Position numbers and translations under genes: made by a program. DNA of 64,000 bases from positions 5,270,001-5,334,000 of the forward strand of contig JBHGNT010000005.1 of assembly GCA_043228905.1 (NCBI GenBank), given 5' to 3'. Below the pieces are notes generated by a model. That model was given only the letters and a program-made list of their open reading frames with translations, searched no databases and was not told the origin of the DNA. This DNA is from Azolla caroliniana (Eukaryota; Plantae; Polypodiophyta). Shown here one piece after another: positions 33,324 to 47,552 of this stretch (position 1 is the stretch's first letter; every line of letters starts with the position of its first letter).

Positions 33324-35699
33324 AAAATACGTCATAAAAAAAAATTCGATATATAAGCAGCACTCAAAATCAAGAGGAATTTCTGCTAAAATTGATGGAA
33401 GGAAATAATGCGTCTATGGGAGTACAACATGTTTAGTCCATAAAATAACAACCCAGTTGGGTTGTTCAGATTCCGTCATTGCTCAATGTGAACTTGATAC
33501 TGAACAATCCTAAATGTTGAGAGATTTAGAGTTCTCTTATTTCTTTGACAATGTCCTTGACGATTGAATCTTCAATTTTCCTCTTAAACACCTGCCTTCA
33601 TGTGATTCTCTCTTTGATGGGAGGACCCTTTCTATCTATTAGAGTGCTGCGATGAGCTCATGGCTCATGGCTCATTATCCCATTGTCCCATTGTTTGTTG
33701 AAGTGACTACACACTTTTTACTATAGAAGAGTACCTACCAGGTTTGTGGTGAGGCTATTTGGTTCCAAATCATCCACTAGAAGAGCTCCTGAGTCTCTTC
33801 TCTCTTTGGAGTCCACCACCTTGAGAAATAGGAGGACCTTGTCTAATTCGAGAAATATCCGGTTGAGAGCTAAGAGACATCCACACCTTCACTAATATTT
33901 CTTTATCATCCTTGTGGAGTCACTGGGGGGCAACACTCTCATCAATACTTCATCACCATATAAATGAATGAATGTGTCACATTGCTTGAAGCAAACTAAG
34001 AAAGTCCTAGAGAATAACATGTGAATGCATTGGTGTTTATTGTAGGTGTCGACTGTTTGATATGGTGCATTGATGTGGCAGGGGAAGAGAGGACAAGAAG
34101 ATGTCTCAAATTAGCCTCGGAATCTAGGCAAGATCAACCAAGTGAAGAAGGGAAGAGGTAAGAAAGAACAAAGGTAGCTCAAATGGTAATAGCTAACCAT
34201 TCCTAAGAATAAGGTCTATTGTTTGATACCGCCTCTAAAAATGATCGGAGTTTAGGAAAAGATGAAGTTGCAATGTGTGAAGATGAAAAGAGGGTGAGCA
34301 ATAAGGTGAACATATTATGTGTACTTTTGGTTGAATCAAGAGTTTAATGCAAAAAGAAAAGACAGAGTGCATATGAAAAGAGAAAAATAAGACCCACTTC
34401 CAATTGATAAGATAAGCCATGGTAAGAGCCATAAATGGGAGGGAGATAGTTCATTGTGGGGTCATTGGCTTTTTTTCGAGGCTACACCTAAACTTCAATT
34501 TTGAGAGGAATACCAACATGGAGTGAATCATGAGAGTGCACATGGGAGGCCTACAATGATCAAGGTGTTGCGCTTATCAGTTGTAGACTCGCCACATTGA
34601 CTCAAAGAGTTCCCCTTTTATTCCTTTTATATCCTCTCAAGCATTCTTCTAATTCAATTGAACTACTCTTCAAAAATATTTGGCCTTCTTTCAACATTTG
34701 TGCTCATTTTATGCAACCTCAACTAGATTTCTACTAAAATTTAAGAATAATTTACTCAATAGTCCACGAGTGTCTTAGGGAAATGATCTTGGGTTGATAG
34801 TTTCGAGTCATTCACACATATGACCCCACATGTGTGAGTTTTGGATTGTTAATGCTAGGCAAGCAAATCAACAAACATCCACTTGTGCTTAAAGGGGATT
34901 TGGTTCAAGGGTTTCAACCTCGTGGAGCAAGGTTGACTTTGAACAAATAAGATTTCGTTTGTGTGAAGCGACATACACCCATTGAAGCTTATTTCCAAAA
35001 AAACCTACCTTCATTTCGTGCATAGCTTCATGTTTTTTGTTCTTGACAACAAAACAAAGCTAGCAAGGGCTGAAGTTTGATAGCAACAAAGCAAGGTAGT
35101 ATTAAAGCTTGTTCCATATTAAGCAAGCAAGTGATGAAGCTTGTTTCATGGGAAGCAAGGGTAGCAACTATGCATGCTTTGTAGGAAGTGAGGGCGAGCA
35201 ATCATGTGTGCTTTAAACAATGAAAATGTGTTAGTTCTATGGGAACTTGAAGTGTGGAAAGTGAGCATACATTAGGATGGATACAAACACATGTGCATGG
35301 ATATAATGATGGAGCACGAATGGATGTATATTTGCAAACACTTTCAACTATGATACCTCTCGACATCAACACCTAGAATTGAAAGCTAAAGTTAACTTAG
35401 AAAATGATATATATGTGAGTAAGAAGATTGTAGCTCTGTTTTTCTTCGCAATAATTATAAAATGGAAACAACGAGACTTCATATTTTGTTATTTTCTATT
35501 TCTATATAGCTTCCTCAAAATGCATAGTCGTTGCTTATACTTTCCTTGCCTTTCCAAAAAGGTGCACTCATGTAACTCCTTATTTTATTTGCTGATTTAG
35601 AAATGCAATACGTTGTTCAATATATTATTCATAATCATCGTTCATTTAAAAATTGGATGTGTCTTGCATGCAAGACGATCTCAATAATGCTGAAGCGCA

Positions 35700-36500
35700 A
35701 GGGTGACAACATTTATGTAACAAGATATTGTGTTGATTCATATCCCTCCACTGGCATTACATTCTTCTCCTCCATCATGTTCCAATTGCATCGGTTTCCA
35801 CTTAGATATGTTTCTTTTCATCTTAAATGCAACTTCCCCTCTATCCACACATTCATTTTGCTTGATCGTCACCTTTGATTACAATTGTTGCAAATAGTAA
35901 TTAGTTGTTAGTTGATTTCTATGAATATGGGAGTGTGTTAAATATGATATTTGTTGCAAAACAATTATGGACGAATATTTGTTGCTTGCTCCTTGAGTTT
36001 AAGGTGAGTAAAAGAGGGCATCCAATGTTCTACCAAATCGCCTATGTGAAGCTAATGACATCACTACACAAAACAATTTCTCTTCGTGAAATACTAATCA
36101 TTAACTCTTCATTAGCATAAAACAACGAATCTTGTTTACTACAACCCATAGTTCCAAATCAACCACGAGATCCAAGAAGAGGCCAATTAGCTTGTATTTG
36201 GATCGAAGTTTTTGATGCATTGGAGGATTGACAAATTGTTTAACCTTCACATATGTCGAGCTTTGAAATTTTATTAGTTGATTTAGCTTGTTTGGACCAC
36301 TCAGTTATTGATATGCTAGTAAACGTTTTAGTTAATGGTTAGGATTTCACATGTTTCGTGTTCTCTCAAGTTTGCAATCATGTGATTTGGTGGATAAAAT
36401 TTCCACGAAGTATAATTAAACAAAATTCTCTCAAACTTCAATTAATCCTTTTCACTCCGTGACGTATGTTTTTTTTGGAATCCAATATAAACTTAAGCTA
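35700..36500 (+). mobile_element. Possible highly degenerate hAT-type transposase remnant
   Basis: Weak fragments only: YPSTGITFFSSI (cf. P.GT.FLKSID), LWTNICC (cf. FWTPC), NPFHSVTYVF (cf. PLHAAAYFL). Confidence 0.22.
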
Positions 36501-39500
36501 AAAGTGTTGCTTAATCAGTGCATACCCTATAGTCCATAGGGTGATATTGCATTGGGGAATATTTGACAATGGGTGAAAGGAAGCTCCAGCCTCCAATGAT
36601 ATCCTCTAAAGTGCTTTCATGAGTATGCTATTATGGCAATACTTGGAGAAAAATCCTTCAAGTAAATTCATGTCGATAATTATGATAAGAGGTTCACACC
36701 ATCTATCCATAATGGTTGGATGTGGACCCATTGGAGGTTAATGATGCTGAAAGCTAACAACATCAAGGCCAAAACGGTAGTAGGTTATGTTTGAAATAGA
36801 GGAGGGTGGAATTTTAATGAAAAAGGCACAATTCAACACTTTTCTCCATTTTGGCGTGGACTCTATGCATTACTATGCCTCAAATGTTTGCTTTTATATT
36901 CTACGTGATCATTTTCTCAACTTGATGTTATAGGTACAACATACTAAAGTCAATTGAAAGTCTTCTATATCATATTGATAGACCTATAACCTACATTTCA
37001 ACCTCCATGTTCATTCCAATACGGGTTTTAGGATTCTCACTGTCTAATTTCTATGCTTTATGATGCAATAATCAAAGTGTGACCTTAGGAAACATGTAAG
37101 CTCCATGCTGGGAACATTGACATGCACAATACAAAGGCTCCCAACTTTGAAGAGTGTTGATTCTTGAGGAGAATTTAAGACGTCACATCTTCCTTTCTCA
37201 AAGACCACATGGCATATATGCTATTTCCTAGAGACCTAATGCCAAGACACAAAGAGTTATCGATTCCTTGTAACCTAAACCTTGATATTGTTGATTTTGC
37301 CATCTTTAATCCCTATCTCTAAACCTCATGAATTGTTGACTTTTACTCATTGATCAAATAGTCGAGGAAAATGTGGAAGAGAGAAAGTGTTGATCTCATT
37401 TGATGCAACAATTTCTATGATATAGATCATTTAATTAAATTAGAACAAATAATGACCATTCTTCACAAGTTTATAAACATTTTTTATGGCATAGTAGAAT
37501 CCTAAAGACGAATGCAAGAGACTCTAGAGGATACAATATGAATGAGACATCGAAACACCATCATCATAATTTGCTAACTAAATATTTTGGTCATTACTGT
37601 TAACTTGTTTAGGACTGGAAAAGTATGCCAATGAGAGGTGATGAGAGAGATGATATGACATATATCTTAGGAATAATTGTTTAATGTGGTCTTAGAAAAG
37701 GTGGTGGATAAGATTTGGATGAATTTTTTTTGGAAGTACATGTAATAAAATATAACTTTCAAATTGACAGGTAATCTTATATTTTACACATTGAGGTGAA
37801 AAACCGGAAATTGGTCGTTGATGTACAACCCCCTTGCTTTGGAATGTACATAATATTTATCCAATTCCGGAATTATTATTTCAGGCTAAGAGAATCAATG
37901 AATAGTGTACTTAATTTTGATTATGGAACATTGTCTCGTGGGGCTTCAAAACTTGTTCAAGATTAACCAACACTTTACATTCACAACCTTCAATATTGGA
38001 CATTGAATATCAACGTATACAACATAAGATAAAGAGTTATAATAAATGTTGAAATCTTATCTCACGTGTTTTGAATTCCTAATCAAGACTAATCAACAAA
38101 GAATAAAATATTATTCACTGGCTTGACTTTCGATCTTGTAGATGCATATTAAATGCATGTATTTCACGTGGTCTTTCCAATCGGGCAAGGAAAATGTCCT
38201 TGTTGACATTTACTTGAAACCATTGTTATTAATATGCGCCCATTGAATGGCAATGGCTACTCATTTTCATAATGTCCATTCATTGAAAAGAAACTACTAT
38301 TATGCATTTGTATCGGTTTCACAAATTACTATTCGGAAAATGTATAATCATTTGCATGGAACCTTGATGACTTTTGTGCACACATTTTTGTCTTTTGCCT
38401 TCTTCACATCAGTGTGGGCTGGCTTTGTGTTCATTTACATTTATATTGTGTAAAGTGAAATTTGTAAATGTAGAATCAAGATATTCAAGAGAGCAAACAA
38501 TGGCTCATTTGATTGGGTGCCTCACTCTTATTACAACATAAATGCACCTATTGTAGGAATCACTAGGGAAGATTGCATGCTCCCCTATATGTGTTTTTGG
38601 AATCATCATTTTTAAGACGATGTATTTAGATTGATGCTTCATTGGATTAGTAAGTAAATTAAATGTGAGAATTGTGGACTCCCAGGATGAATGGTAAGTA
38701 TCTTTCATTTGAAGTATTACTCTTGATCCCATATGCTTCTTCCATCATACCATCTTGGGTTCAAATATTAAACAGTGGCACATTTTAGAGTATTTGTTTG
38801 ACGAGATTATCCAAAATCAAAATTTCATCTTCAATCAATGTTTGTATGTCATGCACTATTCTACTTGATATAGGGTAAACCAAAAATTTGTCCTCCATGC
38901 TCTTCAAAAACTTAATCCACGGGTGCCACAAATGCCTTTGAGCATATGCAATCTTTCAATATGGTAGGCTTTCAATCTAAACCAACTGGTAGGCTCGATT
39001 CAAACACATGCATGTAGAAAGGAGCACACATACTAGAACATATAACAAGAGAAGAATATATGATGTTTATTGCAATGCCAACAAAAGTATTATAAGCAAA
39101 ATAACTGGGTAGAAATATCAGCTCAATTGGTTTCAAAATACACAATTGGTTAGTTGCATTGTTGGGCACCATGAATGTTTTATTTTACGCACATACGCAT
39201 TCATATTTATATAATCGATTGATGCCCATGTGAAAGTTCGCCTTTTATCGCAAAACCATTAGGCCAAAATCCACAGAAGTTGCTCAATACCGTACTTTCA
39301 TTTCTTTTTTTTCTGTATATGCTTCACCGTGATCCTTTTGTTTCGAAATCATTTCATGTATATAGAATCTCCGTGCTGTAGGTTTTAACCACACAATTGG
39401 TCAGATGAGTATTGGTGGTTGGGTTAATTAATTAACCCACCAACAAGGCGTGTTATAAATGTATGTATATGCACATTCATGTTTTATTGTCAATGCCCCT

Positions 39501-40337
39501 ACGAAATAAAGCAAAAAGGCTTACATTATGTATTACTTTGTGGAATTCCGTTTTTTTTCCAACCTATGTGGCTCACATCGAAAGGTGCAAAAAAGAGTTG
39601 GCCATGGCTAATTGCAAACAAGCGAGAGCAGAAAAGAAAAACATAGGCGACAGGGCTACATGGTTCACAGAGACAACCCCCCCCCCCCCCCTTTTTTTTT
39701 AGCATCACGAGTTAGTTGGCCATAGGGGGGGGGAGACAAAGGAGGTTCGAGATCTCCACCAAAAGGTCATAGTACAATTGGAAAAATGGGTGGTGGGCAA
39801 GCGAGAAAGAGAGAGAGAGAGAGAGAGGGCCAAAGAGACGGACGATTCGAGCACGACGGCATGCGTGCATAGAAGGGAAAATCCGATGAACTATATGTGT
39901 ATCATATGGTATATGGTATGGTAATTGGTATGGTGTGGTGTGGTGTGTATAAAACGAGGAAAAAGAAGCACATGAGATACATATGCATTTAAGTTTTTAA
40001 CGTGTGCTCACGCGAGTAGCAACACACACACACACAAATACATTTAATGCAAGAAGCCCATCCACAGAAAGAAAGAAAGAAAGAGAGAGAAAAGAGAGAG
40101 CAGAGAGGGGGCTGCACGTGTATATTGTGTGCGCTCCAACCCTCTCTCTGTTTGTGTCCGTATCCGTATCCGTATCCGTATTCGTATGCGTGTCTATGTA
40201 TATATAAAATTAAAATAAAAACAAATTTTAACTTAATATCCATATATATATATATACATATACATATATGTACGTATACGTATACGTATCTGTGTGTGTG
40301 TGTGTATGTATTTAAATGCTGGAAATGCTGCTTCGCT

Positions 40338-40469
40338 ATGGCCATAACGTGGTGCTGCTTCCCTTCCCTTCACTTCTCTGTCTCTCTCCTCACGCCTTCT
40401 CTCTGTTGCTATTGTTAGACGACGGCGATGGCGATGGCTATCGCCTGCGGCTTCTACTCCTGCCTCTGA
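40338..40469 (+). promoter_or_regulatory. Two short same-frame upstream ORFs in the putative ADT leader (40338-40418 and 40428-40469)
   Basis: MAITWCCFPSLHFSVSLLTPSLCCYC* and MAMAIACGFYSCL*, both with ATGG starts. Whether they are transcribed is unknown. Confidence 0.45.
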
Positions 40470-40470
40470 C

Positions 40471-40536
40471 GAAGAAGAAGAAGAAGAAGAAGAAGAAGAA
40501 GAAGAAGAAGAAGAAGAAGAAGAAGAAGAAGAAGAA
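40471..40536 (+). repeat. (GAA)22 trinucleotide repeat upstream of the ADT ATG
   Basis: Uninterrupted GAA run, counted directly. Confidence 0.97.
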
Positions 40537-40623
40537 GGAGATCGATTACCGTAAGAAAGAGACAGAGGAAGAGACAGAGGAAGAGCCGACCGCCTGTCTG
40601 CAGATTTCTTCTACCTTCCTGCC

Positions 40624-43600
40624 ATGACCATGCAGCATCAGATGGCTAACTCTGATCATCATCATCATCACCACCACCACCACCATCCCAACCCTTATCC
40701 CCACTTGCCTCCTCTCTTCCCCCCTCCCCTCAAGTCCATCTTAGCTCCTTCCAATCCCCTACCCCTCTGTGGCTCCCGTAGCCGTTCCTCCTCCGAGGCC
40801 GACCTTCAACAGCTCCATGAGACCTCGCATCTTCAGCTCAAGAATAATGGCTTTCTTCACAGCAATGGCGCTCACCATGAGAACGGTGGCAGGGAACTTG
40901 TCCCTCTCCCTAGTAAGTCTTCTGAAACACTTCTCATCATTCTTCTGCGGAGACATCGTGTGTTATAATGTACGAAAAGTTGCAGGAATCAAATATGGCG
41001 TAATCCACAGCCTTTTAGTTAGTAGCATTTCCGCCTTCTTTCTTCCGTTCTTCCAGATTTCAGAATGAACCAATGATTTTGCTTCGCATTCCCCCTCAAG
41101 TATCTCGTATATATGACCTAGTCTGATCCTTGTTCCGGGCAGAAGCTGTGTGTAATATCTTAGTATTGTGGAACATTCCACACCTATTGGCTGTATGTAA
41201 CCTAGTACCCTTGAACCTTTCCCCACGTTTGGAGATATATCCTAGTCTGATCTTTCTTCTCTTCAGAAGAAGTTTTGTTGCAATGGGCGGAGTAATCAAT
41301 TCCACTTCTGTTGTAGCCTTTGTAATGTTGTCTAATCTTTAGTTTGCACCAAGAGGTTGTGTTGAAATGTGGCATATTCCACATCTGCTGTTGCATTTCT
41401 TTCAGCTTTGACCTTTCTATGCATAAATTGTTTATTTAACTGTTTAATGTGCTGGGCAAATGGGAGGGGTGTATTCTACTATTTTTGTAGCATTTCCTTT
41501 GGTCATATCAATTATGAGCATGAAAAGAGCGTGCAATTTGAGAGGATTATCCTGCAAAAGTGGAGAGTGCCACATGTTTTAGCAGAGATTTTGCTTGATG
41601 TCTTAAAAGAGTGGAGTTTGTAAGTGCAAAATTGGTGCATTCCGTAAATTTGTTTCCTTTCCCTGAGTTCTTAAACACAAGATTGACTAGATATTATAAT
41701 GTCATCCTACCAACGTGGAGCGTTCGAAATCTACCATAGACAATTGACATCAAGGTCGAATATTTCTTTCTTTTCCTTGGTTATATGACCATGAAAGCCT
41801 GCGTACACTTAAAATTCCCCTTTTGCTCAGTTATGATCCTGAAGAGTTGTGTTTCTATGTACTATTGTACAGCAGCGGTCTGTTTGATCATTCACAGAAA
41901 TCTTTGTGATATGCGATTCATGAATTATGAATACATAGTTTTTTAAATATGAAGGTACAAAGTTTTTAGCAATTATTATAATTTTTACTGTTCTCTTATT
42001 TTTTTATTACACAGGGCCTTTATCAATGACGGATTTGTCACTTCAGCCTACACATGGGTCTCAATTGAGAGTTGCTTACCAGGTAGTTAATATATAAGGT
42101 CATATTTGCCTTATACACAACTTTTTGTGTCTAAAAGCATGTTTGTGAACAGTGTTCTTCCTGTATGTAGGGTGCACCTGGTGCCTACAGTGAAGTGGCT
42201 GCAGAGAGAGCCTACCCAAATTGTGAAGCTGTTCCCTGTGAACAGTTTGAAGGGGCATTTAAGGTGATGACAACAATACTCCTGTAAGAATTAAGAACTG
42301 AAGGTTTTATAAGTGCACAGGAAGAATGCGTTCGGAATTCAAAGAGCACAAATTTAACTGCTTGAATGAATGAAAGGATATCATGATTCCAAGATTCCAA
42401 GTAAGAATTAAAGGTTACTGAGTAAAAGGGTTGTGAGTCCTGAAACAATGATTGTCGTGGGCATTTTGGGATCCCAGGTGAGAGCAGTCCTCAGGAACAT
42501 GACTACTTGATCCCCTTACAGCCCATATTAACTCAAGATGAATCCACAGATATTTAGTCACACTCTAGGGTGTGGATCACGGAGTAAAGATAGATACAAG
42601 AAAGTGGATTCTGCGTGAATGAACGAGGAAGACCTGATTCATGATTCAGCAAATCTGATGAGGAGCATTCTTGGATGAATGAGGAGGAGATCTGTTTAAT
42701 GCCTCGTAAGAACCGTTGACAATCATTCTTGAATGATTAATCCCATGATTTATATCCTGTAGCATGAAATCCGTTAAGGCACCTACTCTATAGTATCCAT
42801 ACTTTTTATGAAAGTATATTGCATCTCTTTGCAGCCTCATAGGATGTTCTGTTCTCTTCAAGAATGTTAATATAATCTTTCTATCATACCCCTTTTTGCG
42901 TGACAGGACTACATAAACGTATGTTGATACGCTGGAATTTGTATCAGTTATGGAACTTTCTACGTATCTTGACTCTGTGTGTATTATGCATACATGCATT
43001 ATCTGATTTTCTAAACCCAAATCTCATTGTCCTCAATTTGGTGCATGTGGCCATAGTTGTGGGTAAGAAAGGCCCCTGAAATTGAAATGAATTATCAATG
43101 GGATAATGAAACTTGATGGTGATACATTCACACTATAGTGACTGCCCTTCGAAGAATAAAATATATGCTTTTGATGGGAAGTGAACCTCAACCATTATAC
43201 GTTTCCCAGGCTAAACTTGTGATGGGATGTGAACCTAAACCATGTATATGTGCATTATAAAGTTCTAGCCTCTTGCATCTGGTGACACTGGTCAGATCCC
43301 AATTAGGATTTATGAATGTGTACTGTCTCTGTACTAATTAATCTTTCACTAATGATAATTCCTTGTTTGCAGGCTGTTGAGCATTGGGTTGTTGACAGAG
43401 CAGTGCTGCCCATAGAAAACTCTCTTGGTGGAAGTATACATAGAAACTATGATTTATTACTCAGGCATAGGCTTCATATTGTTGGTGAAGTTCAGCTCTC
43501 CGTGCATCATTGTCTTCTTGGGTTGCCTGGTGTAAAAAAAGAGGAGTTACAGAGGGTTTTAAGCCATCCTCAGGTTTGCAAATAGTATTTAACAACTTCA

Positions 43601-44428
43601 GGCAAATTTGAAAATTTTATCTAGGTTGACGTTATAACATTGTTTCTGATATTTTTCTGTGCATAGGCACTTGCTCAATGTGAGAATAATTTATCAAAAC
43701 TAGATGTAATTAGAGAAGCTGTGGATGACACAGCAGGTGCTGCCCAGGTGCTTCTTGTTCTATTAACCTTGCATAGATTTTATCAGTTCTTTTTTACAAC
43801 TGGTTAATCAATTGATTGAGATATAATTTTGGACTTTTCCAGGTTAATCAAATGATGTGCTGTTCTTGCATTTTCCTATAATTGTTTCACACCTGATTTA
43901 ACTATTTTCTCATATTTGCAGTTTATATCAGAAAATGATTTGAGGGATACAGGAGCAATAGCAAGTGCTAAGGCAGCGGAAATATATGGCCTGGAGGTCC
44001 TCGTAGATGGGATTCAGGTTCTTATTCCCTGAAGGGTTTACAAAGACTTGCACTGAAATTTACTAAATTGCATAGACAAATAATAACACCCATTCTGTTA
44101 ATATGTATCCATACCATTTGTTTTACACTTCTGGAATTTTCTGATCTTAAATAGGACGATTCGGACAATGTTACGCGCTTTCTCTTGCTGGCAAGGGAAC
44201 CAATAATTCCACGTGCAGATAGGCCTTTCAAGGTAAGGGATTAAGTTGAAGTTGTTGATCAATAGTTTTAAATGCTCTACCCTAGGTATGTTATGATAGA
44301 TGTGAATTTGTACTCACTGCACTTGTGGATTTACAAAGACAAGCATCACGTTTACACTGGAGGAGGGTCCTGGTGTATTGTTTAAGGCATTGGCAGTTTT
44401 TGCTTTACGAGAGATCAACTTGACAAAG
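40624..44428 (+). CDS. ADT: Arogenate/prephenate dehydratase (ADT1/ADT2-type, intron-rich), 3' end missing at the gap; exons approx. 40624-40912, 42015-42082, 42171-42263, 43373-43573, 43667-43747, 43922-44017, 44155-44232, 44339-44428
   Basis: Spliced translation gives [108 protein letters not shown]. The expected IESRP exon onward is absent. The start codon is uncertain. Confidence 0.93.
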
Positions 44429-44611
44429 GTAAGTGTGACTGGGATGCTGCTGATGACATTATTGACAATTTATGTTATTCTCTATCAAGTATAACAAGAT
44501 ATTTATTCCTCCTTCACTTAATGAAGCATAATGACATAGTTACCAAGCTTCTTGTCTCTTTCCATAAACTTTTGCCTGTAAGGATCTCATTTAATTGGTC
44601 AATAAAAACTT

Positions 44612-44711
44612 NNNNNNNNNNNNNNNNNNNNNNNNNNNNNNNNNNNNNNNNNNNNNNNNNNNNNNNNNNNNNNNNNNNNNNNNNNNNNNNNNNNNNNNNN
44701 NNNNNNNNNNN
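44612..44711. other. Assembly gap (100 N)
   Basis: Run of exactly 100 N, the usual placeholder for a gap of unknown size. Confidence 0.99.
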
Positions 44712-46457
44712 AGGGTGAGAGAGTGGACGCAGTAGTGTGTATCGATATGTTTTTCTTATTGTTGATTGCATGGCCGTTAAAGAATCTAAAGAACTGTTTT
44801 GGCAAACTAAACACAATAGGAAAGTTTGCCAAAACTAATTTTTAGATGCTCTCATGGCCGTGCAATCAAGGTTAAGAAAAACGTGTACATATGCACAAAT
44901 GTACGCATTGTCTCACCTATGCTTTTTTGCAGTGGTCATATAGTCATAAGGGGGTAACTAAAGATTCACTTTTCCTTTTTAACTATCACCATACCTTTGT
45001 ATTTTCGAATACCTACATGACATGCAAACACCCATGATATCTAGTGATAGATGGAAAGTTACGAAAATACCCCTCATTTTCAAGGACAAATAAAAACACT
45101 CCTATATGCTTTAGAAAATACAAATGTATGGTAATATTTAAGATGGAAAAGTGATTGCACAGTTATGCAACTACTACGACAAAACAACATGTAAGAGTGA
45201 TTGCAACATGAGTATGTGCTTGTTTTTCTTTTTGTGTGGCCATGATAGCATGTAGAGAATACTTTTGGCAAACTAAACACAACTGGAAAGGTATAAAAAA
45301 CATAACAAACATAGTGACAAATTGATGGAAATATAGTTTGCGTGACCTTGATATGTACAACACGACCATTTGGCATTAGATTCAACAACATTGTTTGGAG
45401 TCTAGACCATGCTGTTGGCATTGGGTCATTAACTCCTTTATCCATATCGCTTATATAGGTTTTGCTTCCAACTTTATGTTTGTCAGGGAACTCATGATTT
45501 TGGTGGGTATGTATCGGCTCTTTTTTTTTTAATGTTCTTAGTGACATGTTGTCAATATTCTTTGTTGGGTGTTACCTCATTTTGAGGGTTTCCCAACATT
45601 TATAAAAAAGTGGATGTGTGTAAATGCTCTTAAGAGGAGTAACACGGTCCTAAATAGCCAACCAACCATCCAGTACATGGCCATCCCTAGGTATGGAGAG
45701 TTTCTACAAGGCACATGTAGGGTACACATGGGCCATGGCATACATTTTCTATCCCAAACATGTAATACGTAGGCATACTATGTATCGGATTTGAAGCTTT
45801 TCCCCTTCTGGTGCCCATACTTTCATAGATTGAATATATCAACCCCTTAGTTGATGTCTCAACTTCCCCAATATATCCTAGTGTATTGCATAAGTTTAAT
45901 AAAATTATAACAATTGTTGCTGATGTTGGGAAAACAAATGGAGTTAAGTCTCACTTGCAATTGCATAACTCGAAAAACACCTTTAAATTCAGAAACTGAA
46001 AGTAGCGATACCTTAACATTTTAGAATACTTTTGAGATTCCAACTCTTCACCAAAGATATGCGCTACTAAATGATTGTAATAAATTTTAGTGTGAAATTC
46101 AAACTAAAGTTACCTCCAAATTCGAGAATAAAAATGAAATGCGGCCATAAATACGTGTAACAAATGTGTTGATTTGGAATTTGGCAGGTAGCAATGGAGA
46201 CGATACACCAAGGACTTTCTGCTTAGTAAAAACCCTTGAAAGAGACATCATTGAGAAAGTTAAAATTTGGGCAACTTTCGGTGGACTGTGTTGGGTTGCT
46301 ATTACATTGGGGGTTCACGAGGCTAGTCAATGAATAAATAGTTCATGTAGAGGAGTGGCGTGCCGACCTTTGGTAATCTTTAGAGATTAGAATGGGAAAC
46401 AATGGTGGTGGGTGGCAAGTGTGTTGATAAATGACCAAGGGTAGTTTGCAAATAAAT

Positions 46458-46495
<38 letters not shown>

Positions 46496-47517
46496 CATAC
46501 TGTACATACATACATTTTTTCATGTATACATCCATTATGTATATACATTACATTACACGCATACATTACATAAATTTTTACATGCATACATTCATTATAT
46601 ACATTACATTACATACATTCACACACAGAAATATATACACACACATACATACCTTACATGCACACATACATACATACATACATACATCAAAGTGTGTTGG
46701 AAAATAACCAAGAGTAGCTTGTGTTGAATACATCACTTGCAAATTTGCGACTACACTACATAGTACAAACTACATACTCTTGGTTATTTTACAACACACT
46801 TTGATGTATGTAGTAGGTATGTGTGTGTGTGTGTGTGTGTGTGAATGTATGTATGTACATATGTAGGTAGGTATTCATACATACATTACAAACTTACATA
46901 TGTACATACATATTTATTATCCTATATGATAATTTAATGTGAACATCCAAACAAAAAGGCAGCATTAAATGGCCTCTCTCTCTCTTATTCTCTCACCAAA
47001 AAAAGCACACCAATCTACCCCCAAAAAACACCAAATCAAAAAAAACAAAAACAAAGAGAAGTTCATCATTAAAGCTTCACCAAACCACTTAAGTGCACAC
47101 ACACACACACACACCTCTCTATTTATATGGTATTGTTCATGAAAGCCTGGACAGCTCAAAAACTATATGTAGTACAGAGACACCAGGAAACAGAGTAGAA
47201 AAGCAAAAGCAAAAGCAAATCCCCCCCGCCCTTTCCCACAACTGCAACAACAGAAAACAGAGGAAGCAAGCAAGAAGGAAGGAAGAAGACATGAAGATCA
47301 ACATCATCAATCAAAGCTACATACATACATAACTGTTTGGGGTCCTCATGAGCTAAGCTACTCATTCTCTACATGCATGCATACATACATATATACATAC
47401 ATACATACATGCATGCATGCATAACACATGCATCATCACCAATCACAGTTAACTTTATGAATCAGACACACCAATTGCTTCATTCATTTCTCATTCATTG
47501 CATTTCATACTCAAAAC

Positions 47518-47552
<35 letters not shown>

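Noticed and set aside
39709-39772. tRNA or tRNA-derived SINE (GGTTCGAGATC near-B-box, ends CCACCA)
   Set aside because: No cloverleaf can be folded, the A-box match is weak, and there is no tail or target-site duplication.
41070-41255. Intronic C/D-box snoRNAs (CCTAGTCTGATC twice in ADT intron 1)
   Set aside because: No proper RTGATGA C box, terminal stem or recognisable rRNA guide.
3678-44428. Biosynthetic gene cluster (GDSL plus ADT)
   Set aside because: The genes are 35 kb apart, with unrelated housekeeping genes between them and no tailoring enzymes.
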